Under the pieces are notes generated by a model that was not told the origin of the DNA, made no database searches, and saw only the letters and a list, made by a program, of their open reading frames with translations. Shown one piece after another: positions 43,465 through 52,558 of a DNA stretch of 64,000 bases. How positions within the stretch are numbered: the stretch's first letter is position 1; every line of letters begins with the position of its first letter. Origin of the DNA: an uncultured Gammaproteobacteria bacterium (lineage in GTDB: Bacteria > Pseudomonadota > Gammaproteobacteria > Steroidobacterales > Steroidobacteraceae); NCBI GenBank assembly GCA_963789365.1, contig CAWBKJ010000004.1:448005-512004 (forward strand). The letters are read 5' to 3'. Both the position numbers and the translations under genes were made by a program.

Positions 43465-45594
43465 ATGTCACGCGTTGAAAGCCGCCTACGCCGAGCACTG
43501 GCGCCCATTGCACTGGCGGGCGCCTGCCTGCTGCTATTGGCCGCCACCGGTTCCACCGGAACCTCGGCCATCAGCGTACGCCTGCCCGACGGGGCTATCC
43601 AGCCTACCCCGCGCCAGCAGCTGCTGGCACCCCGGATCGCCAGCATCCTCGAACAAGCCCACTATAGCGGCCGGCGCATAGACAAGGAATTTTCGGGGCT
43701 GGTTTTCGATCACTACCTCAACGCTCTGGATGGCCAGCACAGTTACTTCCAGGCTTCCGACGTCGCTGACGTGCAGCAGTGGCGCAACAGTTTTGACGAC
43801 ATGATTCATACCGGCCAGCTTGATCCGGCCTACCTTATCTTTGCACGCCTGCAGCAACGCAACCGCGAGCGCATGCAGTACGCGATCGGTCTGCTGGCGA
43901 CCGAACCGAACTGGAAGCTGGATGAGAGTTATGTCTTTGACCGGGATCAGGCCCCGTGGCCGCACGATACGGCAGAAATGAACGAGCTGTGGCGCAAACG
44001 CGTCAAGAACGACGTGCTATCGCTGATGCTCACCGGCAAGACCTGGCCTGAATCGGCCGACATCCTGCGAAAGCGCTACGCGCGCCTGCTGGCGCGCGTG
44101 GGCCAGGTGAGCGCCGATGACGTGTTCGAATCCCTGATGAACGCCTACGCGGCGGTCTACGACCCGCATTCCAACTACTTTTCGCCCCGCAGCTCGGAGG
44201 AGTATCGGATCCAGATGAGCCTCAGCTACGAGGGCATCGGCGCATCGCTCCAGTTGATCGATGACTACGTCACCATCAGTGCGCTGCTGCCGGGCGGACC
44301 GGCCGCTGCGGCCAATACCCTCAAGCCCAACGATCGGGTGCTGGCGGTCGGCCAGGGCAGCGATGGCGCGCTTACCGACGTGGTCGGCTGGCGGCTGGAT
44401 GATGTCGTGCAACTCATTCGCGGCAAGGGCGATACGCAGGTTCGCCTGCAGATCCTACCGGCCGGCGCGGCTCCGGGGACCGACCAGAAGATCGTCTCGC
44501 TGATGCGCGGCAAGGTGACCTTGGAGAATCAAGCCGCCAAGAAGGAATTGCGCACGGTGCGACTTGGCGATCACACCCTGCACGTCGGCATCATCACCGT
44601 GCCGGGCTTTTACGAGGACAACGACGCCCGCAGCGCGGGTGATGCCAACTACCGCACCACCGCGCGGGACGTGCGCCGGCTGATCGGCGAATTGCAGGCA
44701 CAGGGCACGATTGACGCGCTGGTACTGGACCTGCGCGGCGACGGCGGTGGTTACCTGCCCGAAGCGACCGCGCTTAGCGGGCTGTTTATCGACCACGGTC
44801 CAATCGTGCAGCTCAAGACGACCGATGGCAGTATCGAAGTGTTGCAGGATCCGGAGCCCGGCATCGCCTACGGCGGCCCGTTGGCGGTGCTCGTCGATCG
44901 AACCAGCGCGTCGGCATCCGAGATATTTGCCGCGGCCATGCAGGATTATCACCGCGGCGTAGTGGTAGGCCAGACCACGTTCGGCAAGGGTACCGTGCAA
45001 AACCTGATCCCCTTGGATCGCTGGTCACGGCAGTCGACCGAGGGCCAGCTCACCGTCACGATCGGCAAGTTCTATCGTGTCACGGGCGAAAGCACGCAAC
45101 TCCGGGGGGTACAGCCGGACATCGAGCTTCCCGCGCGCATCAATGCCAAGGATGTCGGGGAGAGCTCGCTGGACTTTCCCCTGCCCTGGGACCGCATCGC
45201 CTCGGTCCCGTTTCGGGCCGACGCGCCGCTAGCCGGCGCAGTGCAGACTCTGGCTAAGGAGCAGACCGCACACTCAGCGCGGGACGCTGACTACCAGTGG
45301 CTGGTTGCATCGCTGAACTCGCTCGAGCAGACCCGCAAGGAACACTCCTTGTCGCTCAATCTGGCTCAGCGGCAACTCGAACGCACCACGCAGGAGCAAG
45401 ACGCCCTGGCACGCGAGAATGCTCGCCGCGCCGCCGATGGCATGCCCGCCCTAAAAGCGCTCAGCGACGCGGTGGCCGACGATCAGCCGGATGTGATATT
45501 GGCGGAGACCACGCGCATCGCGGCCCAACTCGTGGGCGCAACCGCCAATGCACCGCCCGCCACCACGACCACCGCACGCTCGCTAGCGCAATAG
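43465..45594 (+). CDS. prc: carboxy-terminal processing (tail-specific) protease Prc, S41A
   Basis: 709 aa with a signal peptide. The N-terminal region ILEQAHYSGRRIDKEFSGLVFDHYLNALD parallels E. coli Prc. PDZ domain, then catalytic Ser/Lys region RTSASASEIFAAAMQDY...GQTTFGKGTVQ. Confidence 0.92.
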   Translation: MSRVESRLRRALAPIALAGACLLLLAATGSTGTSAISVRLPDGAIQPTPRQQLLAPRIASILEQAHYSGRRIDKEFSGLVFDHYLNALDGQHSYFQASDVADVQQWRNSFDDMIHTGQLDPAYLIFARLQQRNRERMQYAIGLLATEPNWKLDESYVFDRDQAPWPHDTAEMNELWRKRVKNDVLSLMLTGKTWPESADILRKRYARLLARVGQVSADDVFESLMNAYAAVYDPHSNYFSPRSSEEYRIQMSLSYEGIGASLQLIDDYVTISALLPGGPAAAANTLKPNDRVLAVGQGSDGALTDVVGWRLDDVVQLIRGKGDTQVRLQILPAGAAPGTDQKIVSLMRGKVTLENQAAKKELRTVRLGDHTLHVGIITVPGFYEDNDARSAGDANYRTTARDVRRLIGELQAQGTIDALVLDLRGDGGGYLPEATALSGLFIDHGPIVQLKTTDGSIEVLQDPEPGIAYGGPLAVLVDRTSASASEIFAAAMQDYHRGVVVGQTTFGKGTVQNLIPLDRWSRQSTEGQLTVTIGKFYRVTGESTQLRGVQPDIELPARINAKDVGESSLDFPLPWDRIASVPFRADAPLAGAVQTLAKEQTAHSARDADYQWLVASLNSLEQTRKEHSLSLNLAQRQLERTTQEQDALARENARRAADGMPALKALSDAVADDQPDVILAETTRIAAQLVGATANAPPATTTTARSLAQ

Positions 45595-46680
45595 GACCCG
45601 GTAGATTTCCCAGCAATCCTCGACCAGAACCGTGGTCGCGGCGCCGTTGCTGTCTTCTGCGAGACTGGCCGGTTCGGGCACTGAATCCCCCTCACCACGG
45701 TAGCGGGCCAGGCGCCGCAATGCGTCCGCCCGTGTGCGAATCTCGGTCAGTACATCCCCGCGCTGCTCCAGCAGTACCCGCGCCCGCTGTATATCGCTCA
45801 TCAGGCGTTCGCAGTCCTTGCGCGTTCCGTACTCATCGGCGGCCGGCTCACGCCGCCCGCTCGCCCGGTGGGTCGGCTCGAACAGACCCGTCCCGGTCAG
45901 GCGTTCGCGCAGTACCTGCGCATAGGCAACGGCGGCGAGGTTGATCGCGCGACGAGAATCAATGGACAGGCCCGAAAAATTGGGCAACTCTCCGGCCAGC
46001 GTGTCGCGCGCACCGCGCGCCTCGCTAAGGGCCCGCTCGCTCAATACCACCTGGATGCCCGCAGCGTGCAATTCCTGGCGCAACGCGCGCCTGCGAAAAT
46101 AGTGCCACAAGCGCTGTAAACCCGAGAGCCTTCGTTCGAGCTCGGTGGTGCGCGCCCGCGCGGCGGCGGCGGCGGCTTCGGCCTGCAGATACTCTGATTC
46201 GACGCGCTGGCGCTGGGAAAACTGACGGCGGTTGAATTCCGCGAAGAAATTTCGGCGCTCGCGCTCCATCTGCTGCGCCTCAAGCTCGGAGACGAACTGT
46301 TGCAGCAGGCGCTGGCCCAGTAACCAGAGCTCCTTGAGTTGATAGAAGACCAGCGACTGGTAGCCGCTAGCGGGCTGGGTCAGCCGCCGCTCAAGGTCCT
46401 GCAGCATTTCCTGAACCCGCGCAGTCGCGCCTTCCTGCTGCTTGACGCGATCCTTAAGACGCTGAATTTCCTCCAGCGCATTGCTGAATGACTTCTTCAG
46501 TTCAATGCGATTTCGGAACAGGTCCATGACGCGCCCGTCATCGGGCGCGGCATTGGGGTCCCGGAGTGCGACGTGCAGAAATCCGAGCTGCCTAAGTCGT
46601 TGCAACATTTGCGCCACTAAGCGCGTTAGCGCTGGAGAATCAGGTGAACGGTTGCTCGAGAGCGCCGCGGACGAATCCAT
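45583..46680 (-). CDS. hypothetical coiled-coil protein
   Basis: 365-aa ORF rich in Arg/Glu/Leu/Gln heptad-like stretches (IQRLKDRVKQQEGATARVQEMLQDLERRL; ELEAQQMERERRNFFAEFNRRQF). Same strand as DUF1249 and orn and downstream of them. No family recognised. The start may be the internal Met at 46608. Confidence 0.55.
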   Translation of the reverse strand: MDSSAALSSNRSPDSPALTRLVAQMLQRLRQLGFLHVALRDPNAAPDDGRVMDLFRNRIELKKSFSNALEEIQRLKDRVKQQEGATARVQEMLQDLERRLTQPASGYQSLVFYQLKELWLLGQRLLQQFVSELEAQQMERERRNFFAEFNRRQFSQRQRVESEYLQAEAAAAAARARTTELERRLSGLQRLWHYFRRRALRQELHAAGIQVVLSERALSEARGARDTLAGELPNFSGLSIDSRRAINLAAVAYAQVLRERLTGTGLFEPTHRASGRREPAADEYGTRKDCERLMSDIQRARVLLEQRGDVLTEIRTRADALRRLARYRGEGDSVPEPASLAEDSNGAATTVLVEDCWEIYRVLLR

Positions 46681-47158
46681 GACCCCGCTCCGCGCAATAT
46701 TCCAGCCACTTATTTACCATCATGTTGCGTTTCCAGCACCGATCCAGTTCACGTTCCGGGGCAACTCCCCCGGCACCACGTGCCTCGAGCAGGCGGGCGT
46801 CGTGGTAGAGGCGCAGGCGCAGATCGGGAACGCGCTCCAGCACGGTTGGCGCCCGGCTCGCCGGCAGCAGATAAGTGAGCAGCAGTTCACTGGTGTAGCG
46901 GGCGCGCTCGCAGACATTCAGCACCAGGGTGCAATCGCCATCCACATGAGAAACGCTGCTGTCGGGCAGCGCGCGCAAATCCCCCGCCAGCCGCCCCAGA
47001 CGCAGGTAATTGCTCTCATACAGCCCCATGAGCGCGACGAAGCCACGCGGCCGCGCACGCCAGGAGACCACCAGGTTGCATTCAACTATCACGGTGCCGA
47101 ATATAACATGTGATGCGCGCCGGCCAACTTGACGTGAGTGGGGCGCGAACTGCGTCAC
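46640..47158 (-). CDS. DUF1249 (YqiB-like) protein
   Basis: [15 protein letters not shown]..., [14 protein letters not shown] and [16 protein letters not shown] parallel E. coli YqiB (LCEMNFSQLRRLL, ESTRYTTLVTI, MTVRLYHDAMVAEV), recalled from memory. A GTGA start/stop overlap with orn is possible. Confidence 0.6.
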   Translation of the reverse strand: MTQFAPHSRQVGRRASHVIFGTVIVECNLVVSWRARPRGFVALMGLYESNYLRLGRLAGDLRALPDSSVSHVDGDCTLVLNVCERARYTSELLLTYLLPASRAPTVLERVPDLRLRLYHDARLLEARGAGGVAPERELDRCWKRNMMVNKWLEYCAERGHGFVRGALEQPFT

Positions 47159-47712
47159 GTCGTCTTGACAAACAACTTCTCGCGGTAATAGCGCAGTTCC
47201 GCAATGGACTCGTAGATGTCAGCGCGCGCCAGATGGGCGGAGCGCTTGACCAGAGTCGCACTCAGCTGCGGATGCCAGCGCGCCGCGAGTTCCTTGAGCG
47301 TGCTGACATCGATGTTGCGGTAGTGGAAATACCCTTCCAGAGCCGGCATCCAGCGGGCCAGGAAACGCCGGTCCTGGCAGATGCTGTTGCCGCACATGGG
47401 CGAAGTGCCGGCGGCGACGTGTGCGCGCAGGAACGCCACGGTCTGTTGCTCTGCCGCGGCAGCGCTGACCCGGCTGGCGCGCACGCGATCGATGAGGCCA
47501 CTGCCCCCATGTTGGCGCTGATTCCATTCGTCCATTTGCGCCAGCACCGCCTCGCTCTGGTGCACGGCCAACTCCGGGCCGTCGGCGATCACGTTGAGGT
47601 CGCGATCAGTCACCACGGTCGCGATTTCGATAATGCTGTCGTGATCGGGCCTAAGCCCGGTCATCTCCAGATCAATCCAGATCAGGCGATCCTTGAGTGC
47701 CAAATGCCTCAC
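47155..47712 (-). CDS. orn: oligoribonuclease
   Basis: 185 aa with DEDDh motifs [23 protein letters not shown] and [16 protein letters not shown]-like region. Divergent from rsgA, as in E. coli. Confidence 0.95.
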   Translation of the reverse strand: MRHLALKDRLIWIDLEMTGLRPDHDSIIEIATVVTDRDLNVIADGPELAVHQSEAVLAQMDEWNQRQHGGSGLIDRVRASRVSAAAAEQQTVAFLRAHVAAGTSPMCGNSICQDRRFLARWMPALEGYFHYRNIDVSTLKELAARWHPQLSATLVKRSAHLARADIYESIAELRYYREKLFVKTT

Positions 47713-47724
47713 TCCTGCTGATTA

Positions 47725-48684
47725 GTGCATCATAGCAGGGTGAGTGAACCACCCGCCGCCGGTACCGGACACACAACCGCAGGCCATCGGGCGCTGGTTT
47801 TGGTGGCTCACGGTCCGAGCGCGCAGGTGCGCCTCAGCGATGGCACCGAGATCCTGGCGCGTGCCGCCGGTCGCAATCTGCAGTTTGTCTGCGGAGATGA
47901 GGTGGACTGCGATCGCGACGAGCAACACGCACAGTGGCGGATTCAGCAGGTCACAGCGCGACGCAGCGCCTTGTACCGAAGCAACGCGCGTGGTCGCGCC
48001 GAACTCGTGGCTGCCAATCTCACTTTGCTGGTGGTCGTGCTGGCCCCTCGCCCGCAACCGGATCTGTTCCTGGTCGACCGCTACCTGGCCGCAGCCAACA
48101 GCGCTGGCCTGCGCTCGCTGTTGTTGGGCAACAAGGCAGACCAGCCATTCGACCACGCACTGCAGCTGGAGCTCACGGCACTGGCGGCCATGGGCTGTCC
48201 CGTAGTGATGTGCAGCGCGCGCACCGGCCTGGGATTAGACGCACTGCGCGAGCACCTGCGCGGACAGAGTGTGATGTTCGTCGGGCAATCCGGCGTAGGC
48301 AAGTCCTCCTTGTTGCGCGAGCTCGTCCCCGGCTGCGATGCCCCGGTGGGTGAACTGCTCAAGAGCCAGGAAGGCCGCCACACCACGAGTGCGGCACGCC
48401 TGTACCAATTGCCCGGCGGGGGCTCGTTGATTGACTCGCCCGGAGTGCGTGACTTCGCGCCGGCCGCCGACATGCTCGATGCGCAGACGTTGGGATTTGT
48501 CGATCTTGCGCGCTTCGCGCCGGAGTGCAGGTTCGCCGACTGCCGCCACTTCAGCGAGCCGCAGTGCGCGGTGCGCGAGGCGGTGGCGAGCGGTGGGCTT
48601 AGCGCCAGACGCTACGAGAGCTACCGGCGCCTGCGCCGTTTGCGCGAGCGGTTGCTGGAGCGCATGCCCTATCCGCGGCCCTGA
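47725..48684 (+). CDS. rsgA: ribosome small subunit-dependent GTPase A
   Basis: Circularly permuted GTPase with NKADQ, GQSGVGKSSLL, DSPGVRDF and zinc knuckle CRFADCRHFSEPQCAV. Confidence 0.92.
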   Translation: MHHSRVSEPPAAGTGHTTAGHRALVLVAHGPSAQVRLSDGTEILARAAGRNLQFVCGDEVDCDRDEQHAQWRIQQVTARRSALYRSNARGRAELVAANLTLLVVVLAPRPQPDLFLVDRYLAAANSAGLRSLLLGNKADQPFDHALQLELTALAAMGCPVVMCSARTGLGLDALREHLRGQSVMFVGQSGVGKSSLLRELVPGCDAPVGELLKSQEGRHTTSAARLYQLPGGGSLIDSPGVRDFAPAADMLDAQTLGFVDLARFAPECRFADCRHFSEPQCAVREAVASGGLSARRYESYRRLRRLRERLLERMPYPRP

Positions 48685-48719
48685 GGCCGCTTGGCATGCC
48701 ACCAACCTCCTCCCAGGAT

Positions 48720-49316
48720 TTAGAGCGACTGGCGCCCGGCCATAGCGTGCGCGAGCGTGCCGCCATCGATGTATTCGAGCTCACCACCCATCGGCACGCC
48801 ATGGGCAATGCGGCTGGCCTTGATGCCGCGCTGACGCACCAGTTGCGCCAGGAAGTGCGCGGTGGCTTCACCCTCCACCGTCGAGTTCGTCGCCAAAATC
48901 ACTTCGCGCACCGCACCGGCAGCCAACAGAGCAGAGAACTGCGCGCCGCCTAGTTGTTCCGGTCCGACGCCGTCCAATGGTGAGAGGTGGCCCATCAGTA
49001 CGAAATACCGTCCGCGATAGCCGCCGGACTGTTCAATCGCGACCACATCGGCGGGCGATTCCACCACGCACAGTAAGGCGGGATCGCGCTGAGCGCTGGC
49101 GCAGATGTCGCACAAGTCCGCTTCGGTAAGCATGCGGCATTGTCGACAGCGGTTGACGCGATCCAGCGCGCGCTGCAAAGCCGCCGTCAAGCTCTGGGCC
49201 GCTGGGCGTGCGTCCTGCAACAGGTGAAAGGCCATGCGTTGCGCGCTCTTCGGGCCTACACCCGGCAGCGCGCGCAGCGCGTCGATCAGTGCCGCCAGCG
49301 CCGGTGAATGCTGCAT
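48720..49316 (-). CDS. recR: recombination protein RecR
   Basis: 198 aa with [17 protein letters not shown] HhH, a C4 zinc finger [16 protein letters not shown], and a Toprim domain. Confidence 0.96.
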   Translation of the reverse strand: MQHSPALAALIDALRALPGVGPKSAQRMAFHLLQDARPAAQSLTAALQRALDRVNRCRQCRMLTEADLCDICASAQRDPALLCVVESPADVVAIEQSGGYRGRYFVLMGHLSPLDGVGPEQLGGAQFSALLAAGAVREVILATNSTVEGEATAHFLAQLVRQRGIKASRIAHGVPMGGELEYIDGGTLAHAMAGRQSL

Positions 49317-49639
49317 TAGAACGGGAGCTTTACGCCCGGCGGCAATTGCAGACCGCCCATAAGATTGGCCATCTTGGCCTGGCTCGCCGCCTCGAGCTTA
49401 TGCACGGCATCATTGAGCGCCGCGGCCAGCAGGTCCTCGAGCATTTCGCGATCGTCGGCAAATACCGCCGGCTCGATCTGCACCCGCCGGGCCTCGTGAC
49501 GGCCGTTGAGCGTGATTTTGACCATGCCCCCGCCAGCCTCGCCGGTAATCTCCAGCGCGGCGATCTCGGCTTGCGCCTTCTGCATGTTCGCCTGCAGAGC
49601 CTGGGCCTGTTTCATCATGTTGCCAATATTGCCGGCCAT
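49316..49639 (-). CDS. ybaB: nucleoid-associated protein YbaB/EbfC
   Basis: 107 aa with [22 protein letters not shown]...[11 protein letters not shown]. It lies between dnaX and recR, as in most bacteria. Confidence 0.95.
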   Translation of the reverse strand: MAGNIGNMMKQAQALQANMQKAQAEIAALEITGEAGGGMVKITLNGRHEARRVQIEPAVFADDREMLEDLLAAALNDAVHKLEAASQAKMANLMGGLQLPPGVKLPF

Positions 49640-49668
49640 GCCAAATCTCCTTCAATGATCGGCGGGCG

Positions 49669-51240
49669 TCAGGCCGGCTTCCGTGGCCGGACCGAATCAG
49701 GGTTTATGGTAGCGCCAAAGCGTTCCTGCAAGGCCTGCACGGTGGATTCAGCGGCGAACCCGACGCGCGCGGCGCTAAGCGCTTCCTGGCCGGCACGCTC
49801 TTCCGCCTGCGCGGGGGTTTCCCTGCTCGCCACGCCGGTGACAATCTCGACGTGCACGGCCTCGCCATAGTGGCGGCTCAAGGCCTGCGCCAGCTTCTCC
49901 TCGCGCGCGCGCGTACGGGCACCCGCGTTGCGCGGGTCAAGTGTCAGCCGCAGTAGTCCAGGGGCCCGCGCCACGAGCGCGCAGTTGAGCGCCAGCATCC
50001 GGGTCGGGCCGTCAAGATCGAGTGTCGCGAGCACGCGGTTCCAATCGTTCGCGGCCTCCGGTTCGCGCTCCGCCAGCGCGGTTGTCGTAGGCGGCGCCGG
50101 GGCCGCAGGCGACGCCGGGGTCGCGCGCGGCGCGGCTCCCGCCCCCTGCGGGGCGCCTTCGGGCCGGAACGCCAGCATGCGGATTAGAGTCATGCGAAAC
50201 CCAGTGCGCGGCTCGGGCGCCAGGGCGAGATCGCGACGCCCCAGGATTGTCGTCTGGTAATACAGCTGTACGTCTTCCGGGCTCATGGCGTCCGAGAGCT
50301 CCTGCAGTAAGGACGCCGGAAAATATTCATCCCCCGCGTAGTCCGGGAGGAGCTGCAGCAGGGCCACACGCTCGAGCAGCGCGGCCAATTGATCGAGCAG
50401 CTGGCCGTAATCGGGCGAGAACTCCTCCAGGTCCTGTGCCGCGGCCAGCATGGCCGCCGCCTGGCCGCCGGCCAGGCTTCGGGCGATTCGCTCGACGTGA
50501 TCGCGCGTGACCGTGCCCAGCATCGAGCGTGCTTCGGCTTCGCGCGCTGCGCCGTTGCCGAAGGCTAGCAGCTGGTCGAGCAGCGACAGCGCATCGCGCA
50601 TGCTGCCGTCAGCGGCCTGTGAGAGCAGCTGCAGCGCCGCGGGCTCATAGACCAGCTGTTCCGCGTCCAGGATGTAGGCCAGGCGTGCGGCAATGAGCGG
50701 CACCGACAGGCGCTTGAGATTGAACTGCAGGCATCGCGAGAGCACGGTAACCGGGAGCTTCTGCGGATCGGTGGTGGCGAACAGGAATTTGACGTGCGGC
50801 GGCGGCTCTTCCAGCGTCTTGAGCAGTGCGTTGAAGGAGTGGGCGCTCAGCATGTGCACCTCGTCGATGAGATACACCTTGAAGCGGCTGCGGGTGGGCG
50901 CGTACTGAACGTTCTCGAGCAACTCGCGCGTGTCGTCCACCTTGGTGCGCGAGGCCGCGTCGACCTCAATCAGATCCACGCTGCGCCCGGCCTCGATTTC
51001 CCGGCAACTGGCGCATTCGAGGCAGGGATCGGCGCTTATCCCGCATTCGCAATTAAGGCACTTGGCCAGGATTCGCGCCACGGTGGTCTTGCCCACGCCG
51101 CGTGTGCCTGCGAACAGGAAGGCATGGTGCACGCGGCCGCTCGCCAGCGCGTTGCTCAGTGAGCGCAGCACGTGCTCCTGACCGATCATCTCGGTGAAGC
51201 GACGCGGACGCCATTTGCGCGCGAGCGCGGTGTATGCCAT
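49669..51240 (-). CDS. dnaX: DNA polymerase III subunit gamma/tau
   Basis: MAYTALARKWRPRRFTEMIGQEHV, Walker A GTRGVGKTT, zinc module CLNCECG...CLECASC, and DEVHML. The ORF extension to 51306 overlaps the SRP RNA and is not counted. Confidence 0.93.
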   Translation of the reverse strand: MAYTALARKWRPRRFTEMIGQEHVLRSLSNALASGRVHHAFLFAGTRGVGKTTVARILAKCLNCECGISADPCLECASCREIEAGRSVDLIEVDAASRTKVDDTRELLENVQYAPTRSRFKVYLIDEVHMLSAHSFNALLKTLEEPPPHVKFLFATTDPQKLPVTVLSRCLQFNLKRLSVPLIAARLAYILDAEQLVYEPAALQLLSQAADGSMRDALSLLDQLLAFGNGAAREAEARSMLGTVTRDHVERIARSLAGGQAAAMLAAAQDLEEFSPDYGQLLDQLAALLERVALLQLLPDYAGDEYFPASLLQELSDAMSPEDVQLYYQTTILGRRDLALAPEPRTGFRMTLIRMLAFRPEGAPQGAGAAPRATPASPAAPAPPTTTALAEREPEAANDWNRVLATLDLDGPTRMLALNCALVARAPGLLRLTLDPRNAGARTRAREEKLAQALSRHYGEAVHVEIVTGVASRETPAQAEERAGQEALSAARVGFAAESTVQALQERFGATINPDSVRPRKPA

Positions 51241-51279
51241 CGATATCCTGCCTGTTAGCCCGGCACCACAAGGGAGGCA

Positions 51280-51385
51280 GCCCGCGCCGGCCGGTCTTCG
51301 GCGCACGACGTGGCCGTTACCGCTGCTCCCTTCCGGGCCTGACGGGATTGGCGGCTCGTCGTCGCGAAGGAACCGGCGCGGACCA
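51280..51385 (-). ncRNA. ffs: signal recognition particle RNA (4.5S, ffs)
   Basis: The minus strand contains CAGGCCCGGAAGGGAGCAGC, matching the conserved domain IV (E. coli CAGGUCCGGAAGGAAGCAGC). Long-range pairing flanks it: ccgcgccgg...ccggcgcgg and cgcgacgacg...cgtcgtgcg. The ends are approximate. Confidence 0.8.
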
Positions 51386-51396
51386 CCACGGTCCTG

Positions 51397-51488
51397 TGGC
51401 GGAGAGGGTGGGATTCGAACCCACGAACACCCGTGAAGATGTTACTGGAATTCCAGTCCAGCGCCTTCGACCGCTCGGCCACCTCTCC
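51397..51488 (-). tRNA. tRNA-Ser (anticodon GGA), CCA encoded
   Basis: GGAGAGG acceptor stem pairs with CCTCTCC. Anticodon stem-loop is CTGGA-CTGGAAT-TCCAG, with a long variable arm and T-arm GTGGG-TTCGAAT-CCCAC, ending GCCA. Confidence 0.93.
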
Positions 51489-51560
51489 TTTCAGTTAGTT
51501 ACGTATAAAATCTAAAGTAATTTATAAAATAACACAGCGGCTTATTGTAGCAAGCCTGTG
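51489..51560 (-). terminator. hairpin plus T-tract ending the dapA operon, merging into the AT-rich promoter region of tRNA-Ser
   Basis: The minus strand reads cacaggctt-gctacaat-aagccgctgtg (9 bp with a 2-nt bulge), followed by ttattttataaattactttagattttatacgt. This is the only strongly AT-rich block nearby and lies directly upstream of the tRNA 5' end. Confidence 0.4.
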
Positions 51561-51655
51561 GCCTCATTCCGGAACTGCCGCCAGTCTCGGGCCGCGGGAT
51601 AAGGCAGGACCCATGGGCACGGGCCCCACACGACGCGGCGCCGCCGGGCATCGCA

Positions 51656-52558
51656 TCAGTATCGGAAACCGATCTGCAGCGGCAGGAACTGCACCGACTG
51701 GCTGCCCTGCACGCTGTGATACCGCGACTCTATGAACCAGGTGGAGCGGCCGTTACCTCCGAACTCCAAGCCCAGCCCTACGTTCCAGCCGACCTTGGTC
51801 AGATTCTTGCTGACGACGGTGACCACGCCATCGGTCGCCACGGGGTAGCAGAAGCCCCAGGGATCGCAAATGATGTTGCCCACGATGGCGCTTTCGGTCA
51901 ATTGCAGCGCCTCGTGGTAAGCGCCAATGCCCAGCAAACCGTAGGCATCCATGTTGCGCGTAAAGGGCACCGTGTACTTTCCTGCCGCGCTCAGCAACCA
52001 GACACTGCCGGTGCCGCCGTCAATACTGTATTGCACCTTCTGCTGCCCGAGGTCGATGAGCTTGCGGGTCGCGTTAAAGTCCGCATAACCCAGGTCCAGC
52101 TGCAGCGCAAAGCGGCTCTGAGGCTTGACTCGGTAGCTCACGCCGCCGCCCAGGGTCCAACCGGTGCTCAAGAAGTCCTTTGATTTGCCCATCGTCAAGG
52201 CGCCGCCACCATTCACGTGCCAGCTGAATGAGCCCGGCGCACGTGGAGCGCTCGGGCCGGTATAGGCCTCCAGCTGCTTGCCAAAGCTCGGCGGCGACGA
52301 CAAGCAAGGTGCATTCGGCGGGCGCTCGAGCTGCGGTTCGGTCAGCGGTGGAATCTTGATGGCATTGCGCGTGTCCGGTGCATCGAGCCCCGTGGGCACG
52401 CGCAACGGCGGCATATTCTTGACATTCTCGCTGACCGGCGGCTCCGGGCAATGCGGCTTCTTTGTCTGGCCGTGACGGAACGAGGCGCAACCGCTCCCGC
52501 TCACCATCCCGAGCGCACACACCCATGCGCCGATTGCCTGCCTGGCCGTGAGCCTCAT
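51656..52558 (-). CDS. putative lipoprotein with C-terminal outer-membrane beta-barrel domain, located in the bamC position
   Basis: MRLTARQAIGAWVCALGMVSGSGC is a signal/lipobox-like sequence, followed by a Pro-rich linker with LRVPTGLDAPD. About 200 aa of alternating beta-strand pattern follow, ending ...LPLQIGFRY (aromatic OMP terminus). Its ATG overlaps the dapA TGA (ATGA). The ORF extends upstream to 52699. Confidence 0.65.
   Translation of the reverse strand: MRLTARQAIGAWVCALGMVSGSGCASFRHGQTKKPHCPEPPVSENVKNMPPLRVPTGLDAPDTRNAIKIPPLTEPQLERPPNAPCLSSPPSFGKQLEAYTGPSAPRAPGSFSWHVNGGGALTMGKSKDFLSTGWTLGGGVSYRVKPQSRFALQLDLGYADFNATRKLIDLGQQKVQYSIDGGTGSVWLLSAAGKYTVPFTRNMDAYGLLGIGAYHEALQLTESAIVGNIICDPWGFCYPVATDGVVTVVSKNLTKVGWNVGLGLEFGGNGRSTWFIESRYHSVQGSQSVQFLPLQIGFRY

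Noticed and set aside
49669-51240. Programmed -1 frameshift or slippery site in dnaX (the A AAA AAG type that generates gamma).
   Set aside because: No A-rich heptamer or long A run is visible on the coding strand, so nothing supports a recoding site.
51255-51482. A 75-aa minus-strand ORF between dnaX and the dapA operon.
   Set aside because: It is entirely explained by the SRP RNA and tRNA-Ser genes, which occupy the same bases.
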